This document shows, in pieces, positions 32,622 to 36,743 of a stretch of DNA of 36,743 nucleotides (the stretch's first letter is position 1; each line of letters starts with the position of its first letter). The notes under the pieces are model-generated. The model had not been told where the DNA came from, ran no database searches, and saw only the letters and a list, made by a program, of their open reading frames with translations. The position numbers were made by a program, and so were the translations under genes. Where the stretch lies: assembly GCA_964464485.1 (NCBI GenBank), contig CAYXGH010000001.1, forward strand, positions 1,370-38,112. The letters are read 5' to 3'. The DNA comes from an uncultured Nitrososphaera sp. (lineage in GTDB: Archaea; Thermoproteota; Nitrososphaeria; Nitrososphaerales; Nitrososphaeraceae).

Positions 32622-33136
32622 ATAGTCCTCTAGTTGGTATCATAATGGGAAGCGATTCTGATCTTCCCGTAATGAATGAAGCAAAGGAAATCTTGGATTC
32701 ATTTGGAGTGGCTAACGAGATCACAATCGTATCTGCACACAGGACAACAAAGAGGATGGTTCGCTACGCCGCAACTGCCAAGAAAAGAGGCATCAAAATA
32801 ATCATCGCAGGTGCAGGAGGAGCAGCTCATCTACCAGGCATGGTAGCTTCACTAACCGCTGTACCCGTAATTGGTGTTCCTATCAAGACAAAGAGCCTTG
32901 ATGGCCTTGACTCACTTCTTTCAATTGCCCAGATGCCTCCAGGCGTGCCTGTAGCCACTGTGGCCATAAACGGAGCTAGGAATGCTGGCATACTTGCCTG
33001 CCAAATCCTAGGAACAAAATATTCAGATATTGCAATATGTGTAGAAAAATACAAGCGCGAGCTAGAGAGCAATGTGTTCAAAAAAGCAAGAAAGCTTGAG
33101 AAATCAGGTGTAGTACGCTATATGGGAAGGGCATAG
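32618..33136 (+). CDS. purE: N5-CAIR mutase
   Basis: [31 protein letters not shown]. Confidence 0.97.
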   Translation: MNSPLVGIIMGSDSDLPVMNEAKEILDSFGVANEITIVSAHRTTKRMVRYAATAKKRGIKIIIAGAGGAAHLPGMVASLTAVPVIGVPIKTKSLDGLDSLLSIAQMPPGVPVATVAINGARNAGILACQILGTKYSDIAICVEKYKRELESNVFKKARKLEKSGVVRYMGRA

Positions 33137-33165
33137 AGTAAATTTATTTGTGGCTTCGAAACTGT

Positions 33166-33468
33166 ATGCGCTTTGTGGAGCACAAAACTACTCATTTTGC
33201 TCAGGCTAGATCAGACAAAGAAGAACATGACCATGCAGATATCGATCCCATCATAGCAAACAAACTGTCTGCACACGAGAAGATGGCAGAGGAAATGAAG
33301 CAAAGCCAGATCGACTGTGAAGCACTTCCGCTTGGCTCGCACTCTATCGAACGCAAACAGTATTACAGCCAGACCTTCTCAATGTCGCCTAAATTCGTGA
33401 CGAACAAGGGTTTGGTGAAGATCAAAGGCAAAAATATTGACTTTGTCCACTTATTGCAGAGGAATTAG
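33166..33468 (+). CDS. Hypothetical protein (about 100 aa)
   Basis: ATG start MRFVEHK after a TAAATTTATT box; co-oriented with the next ORF. Confidence 0.65.
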   Translation: MRFVEHKTTHFAQARSDKEEHDHADIDPIIANKLSAHEKMAEEMKQSQIDCEALPLGSHSIERKQYYSQTFSMSPKFVTNKGLVKIKGKNIDFVHLLQRN

Positions 33469-33472
33469 GAGC

Positions 33473-33868
33473 ATGCCGAATATAGATCCAATTCCGTTGC
33501 CATACGGTCCTCTGCAATATTATCACGTCCACTATATACTGCAGATAAAAAGCAACGATAACGACAAATTTTTAGCAAGGTGTAAACCGATAACAAGAGG
33601 ATATTTCCATAGCAAGCGGATAATCGATGTCAAGTGGACAGGAGATGATAATTTCGTGCAGGTTTTACAGGCAGACGCTGCTCTCACAGGGATGCTCAAA
33701 GAAGTCATGCCTAAAGTACGCGAAATAACAATTGACCCGCAAGACGACCATATTAGGATCTACGGCAGGTGGATTCATGAGGAGAATCTTGCATTCGATC
33801 CGGCTATGCTTGAAATTGCAGACAAGATAGCCTTACACATTAAGGACATAGGTCAGAAAAAAGACTAA
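33473..33868 (+). CDS. Hypothetical protein (about 131 aa)
   Basis: ATG MPNIDP 4 bp after the upstream stop, preceded by AGGAG. Confidence 0.7.
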   Translation: MPNIDPIPLPYGPLQYYHVHYILQIKSNDNDKFLARCKPITRGYFHSKRIIDVKWTGDDNFVQVLQADAALTGMLKEVMPKVREITIDPQDDHIRIYGRWIHEENLAFDPAMLEIADKIALHIKDIGQKKD

Positions 33869-33955
33869 ACCCCGTTCCTGTTTTCGGTACAGGTTTTCAT
33901 AACCTTCTGCGATAGAGCAAGTTAACTTTAATAATCATAGCTCATTGGCAATCTT

Positions 33956-35776
33956 GTGGAAAAGCAAATATCTTCCAAGTCTCGCTTAAAATTTAAAGAT
34001 AAAACCGTAGTTATCACCGGCAGCGGAACCGGTATCGGACAGGCAATAGCCAGAAAGTTTGCCGAGAACGGTGCCAATATTGTCATCATGGGCAGGAGGA
34101 AGGAACCGCTTGACCTGACTGCAGGCATGTTAGAGGAGATAATTGCTTCTTCGGGTTCTTCTGGCAGGTTGGGCATTTTTTCAGGTGTAGACGTTGCCGA
34201 TGAGGCAGGGATTAATTCTATGTTTGAAGGTATCCGAAAGCAGTTTGGAGGAGTCGATATAATAGTAAACAACGCTGGTGTCTCAGGGCCTGTCAAGACA
34301 TTTACCAATGCTAGCGTAAAGGATTTCCGAGAGACAGTAGCCATCCATCTTACTGGCACATTCTGGACATCTGTGAGCGGCCTGAGTGCGATGAAAAGAG
34401 GCTCCAAGATAATCACAATTGCAACGTTTTTCACAGAGGAAAACCGCTATGAGCAGAGGCCATATAGATTTAGGACACCATATACGGCTGCACAGGGTGC
34501 CAAGAACCGCCTTGCGGAAGCACTAGCGTGGGAGCTTGTAGAACGTGATATACGATCGATTGCAACAAACCCAGGGCCTGTCCACTCTGATAGGATTTAC
34601 AAGACAGTATACCCAAAGGCTGCAGCAGAGTTTCTACGCATTGGAGGCTATCCCGGGCTGACCTCTGTAGAGATCGAGAAGGTTACTGCTGGCGCACTTC
34701 CGCTACTAGGTGAACCTGCAGATGTAGTAGCAAAAGGCATTTCACAAGTTGCCGCTGACATCTCTCTATCGCGTGGTCAAACGTCAACAGAGGAAAATGT
34801 CAAGGAATTGTCAGAAACTGTCGCGGGCGCTCTTGCCAAGATGCAAGAGATTGCCGAAAAGATACAAAGCAATACCAGCAAGATGATAGTAGATGGAGAA
34901 TTCCTGAAGCAGGAAGAGGTAGCAGACATGGTCATGAATTTATGCGATGACAATATTAGCAGGCTAATAAACGGCAGAGTCATTCCAAATGACCGGGTAT
35001 TCTATCCTGTCAAACCAATAGTTGGCACGGCAGTTGATGGCTTAGCACAGCCCGATATCAAAGGAAAAGTTATAGTTATCACAATCAGCTCGTCGGCAAA
35101 GAAGGACATTGAAAGAGTTAAGGAGCTTGCAAGACTCGCACATGAAGCTGGGGCGGAGGATGTAATCGTGCTTGCACATAACCATCAGGACATGACCGAA
35201 TATAGTGAATATCACAACCATACGATCGACATGCTGGATGAAGAAAGTGTTCATCGCATCTTTAATGCTGCGAAGAAAAGGTCGAGCAGGATTGATTCAA
35301 TCGTTCACTTCACAGGGGACTATGACTATAATATACCTTTAAGCTCTCTTTCTAGGAAACAATGGGATGCATTGGTTGATAACTTCATTTACATTCCGGG
35401 ACTGATAATAAAAGAAGGTGTGAATGCTATGGTCCCAGAGAGCTCAATTCAAGACCCTGCAAAATTCAGAGATTCTAAAGGTTATATTGTCTTAGTAGGC
35501 CCTGATGCACCTGTTGGTAAAAAGATATCCGGTTTATTGAGGGCAAGGGCAGATGTTTTCCGCGGAGCGCTGCGGCCATACACTGCAACTGTAAACCAAG
35601 AGCTCAGCGATGTTCTTGGCTCGAGTATGAGGCTTTATTTAGTGCTTGCAGGGAATAGCGAAGGTTTAGAACCTGACAATGGCAAACTTTGCAACGCCGC
35701 ACTAAATCTTGCGGCAGGTGCTGCTGCTCTTAAGAGAAATGAGGCGATTTTCTATATCGACGAAGCAAGGAAATAG
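33956..35776 (+). CDS. Two-domain SDR oxidoreductase (606 aa), resembling the N-terminal half of Chloroflexus-type malonyl-CoA reductase
   Basis: TGSGTGIG, NNAG, NPGPVHSDRI; second degenerate Rossmann domain from KGKVIVIT; MCR resemblance is from recall. Confidence 0.8.
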   Translation: MEKQISSKSRLKFKDKTVVITGSGTGIGQAIARKFAENGANIVIMGRRKEPLDLTAGMLEEIIASSGSSGRLGIFSGVDVADEAGINSMFEGIRKQFGGVDIIVNNAGVSGPVKTFTNASVKDFRETVAIHLTGTFWTSVSGLSAMKRGSKIITIATFFTEENRYEQRPYRFRTPYTAAQGAKNRLAEALAWELVERDIRSIATNPGPVHSDRIYKTVYPKAAAEFLRIGGYPGLTSVEIEKVTAGALPLLGEPADVVAKGISQVAADISLSRGQTSTEENVKELSETVAGALAKMQEIAEKIQSNTSKMIVDGEFLKQEEVADMVMNLCDDNISRLINGRVIPNDRVFYPVKPIVGTAVDGLAQPDIKGKVIVITISSSAKKDIERVKELARLAHEAGAEDVIVLAHNHQDMTEYSEYHNHTIDMLDEESVHRIFNAAKKRSSRIDSIVHFTGDYDYNIPLSSLSRKQWDALVDNFIYIPGLIIKEGVNAMVPESSIQDPAKFRDSKGYIVLVGPDAPVGKKISGLLRARADVFRGALRPYTATVNQELSDVLGSSMRLYLVLAGNSEGLEPDNGKLCNAALNLAAGAAALKRNEAIFYIDEARK

Positions 35777-35861
35777 CTAGCTTTTAAGCAAAATCTAAAC
35801 AAGATTCTCCATCCACTTGAGAGAGGGCACTTATTGCCAAACAGCTGTATATGGCAATTGC

Positions 35862-36725
35862 CTAATCATACCTCAAACTAAGCCCATCCAAAATGAACGT
35901 GACAGCTACTGCCATTAGTATAATTGCCAATAACCGTTGCAGTAGCAGGTCTTTTGTCATGCGTGATAACCTTGCTCCTATCTGAGCGCCAACAAATGCG
36001 CCTGCTGATAATGCAACTGCATGAAGGTAATCAGGGTGTCCCAAAACTGAATGTGTGAAGACACCCGCAATAGCTGTCATCATCAGCGTAAATTGTGACG
36101 TCGGCGCTGTTCTATGCATTGTCAAGCCAAGGACAAGCAGCATAGCTGGTACAAATACTATCCCGCCTCCCACACCAAACAGACTTGATATCACCCCCGC
36201 GCCAAATGAAGCAGCAAACACTGCAAGCTGTAAAGGCAGCGAACGCCTTTTAGCTCGATGATCTTTTAGCACTGAGTTTTTATATAAAATGTAAAGCCCG
36301 GTGAGTATTAGCAATATGCCAAAGTACAGTTTGAATGAATCTTCTTGCAGGTATCCAGACAGTATAGCGCCAAGCACACCGCCGGGTATTGCGGAGGCAG
36401 CCATCTCTAGGCCAAGGGCATAGTCAATCCTCTTTTGCCTGGAATACTCGATAGTAGAGGATACACTTGTTGACATGACTGCAATAAGGCTTGTGCTCGC
36501 AGCCTGTGTCGGTGGCAGGTTCAAGAATGTAAGAGCTGGCACCATTATTATACCGCCCCCCACCCCAAGCATGGAACCCAAGGTTCCAGCGCTAAGTCCG
36601 ACAACGATCAGAAGTGCTAGTGTAGTAATAATATTGTCTAACAATGGTGTTGTATTCCTTTTTGTATGCTTAACAAGAGCTGGCAGGATAAAAATCGTTT
36701 GGGAAGCTGTTCTTGCTGTGCGCAA
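35862..36725 (-). CDS. TauE/SafE (TSUP) sulfite exporter family membrane protein
   Basis: Two repeated G(V)GGG..VP motifs, AASTSL/APTS, about 8 TM segments; true start probably near 36644. Confidence 0.9.
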   Translation of the reverse strand: MRTARTASQTIFILPALVKHTKRNTTPLLDNIITTLALLIVVGLSAGTLGSMLGVGGGIIMVPALTFLNLPPTQAASTSLIAVMSTSVSSTIEYSRQKRIDYALGLEMAASAIPGGVLGAILSGYLQEDSFKLYFGILLILTGLYILYKNSVLKDHRAKRRSLPLQLAVFAASFGAGVISSLFGVGGGIVFVPAMLLVLGLTMHRTAPTSQFTLMMTAIAGVFTHSVLGHPDYLHAVALSAGAFVGAQIGARLSRMTKDLLLQRLLAIILMAVAVTFILDGLSLRYD

Positions 36726-36743
36726 TATATAAACGAGTCATTC

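Noticed and set aside
33928-34434. 168-aa minus-strand ORF and other 60-170 aa antisense ORFs over ilvD, bio, thiolase and ribosomal genes
   Set aside because: Antisense shadows of well-supported genes.
35834-35861. Hairpin ATTGCCA-N12-TGGCAAT between the convergent SDR and TSUP genes
   Set aside because: Short 7-bp stem in a single copy; at most an ordinary terminator-like structure.

Overview
Archaeal chromosomal window, almost certainly from a soil ammonia-oxidising thaumarchaeon (Nitrososphaeraceae-like). The assignment rests on an ESCRT-III/CdvB gene, a proteasome alpha subunit, S4e and RNase P p29 inside an S10-spc ribosomal cluster lacking L2, and mostly TATA-driven, often apparently leaderless genes. 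Most of the window is housekeeping: HIT, ilvD, trpE, thrC, a biotin cluster (bioF, bioB, bioA, bioD), a nucleotidyltransferase-LLM-thiolase-DUF35 operon, tRNA-Asn(GTT) with a non-canonical intron, 15 ribosomal proteins, a SPOUT methyltransferase, psmA, purC/purK/purE, a 606-aa two-domain SDR and a TauE/SafE exporter. Three signals go beyond the gene calls. (1) Three copies of a 26-bp intergenic palindrome (12+CG+12; core ATTTCWAAAWTCGAWTTTWGAAAT), one with compensatory changes; two of them bracket bioB-bioF. (2) An orphan Hin/Tn3-type serine recombinase with a res-like upstream array sits in the middle of the biotin cluster. (3) The long SDR resembles the N-terminal half of Chloroflexus-type malonyl-CoA reductase but has an atypical catalytic motif. 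All calls come from reading the sequence; no searches were run.
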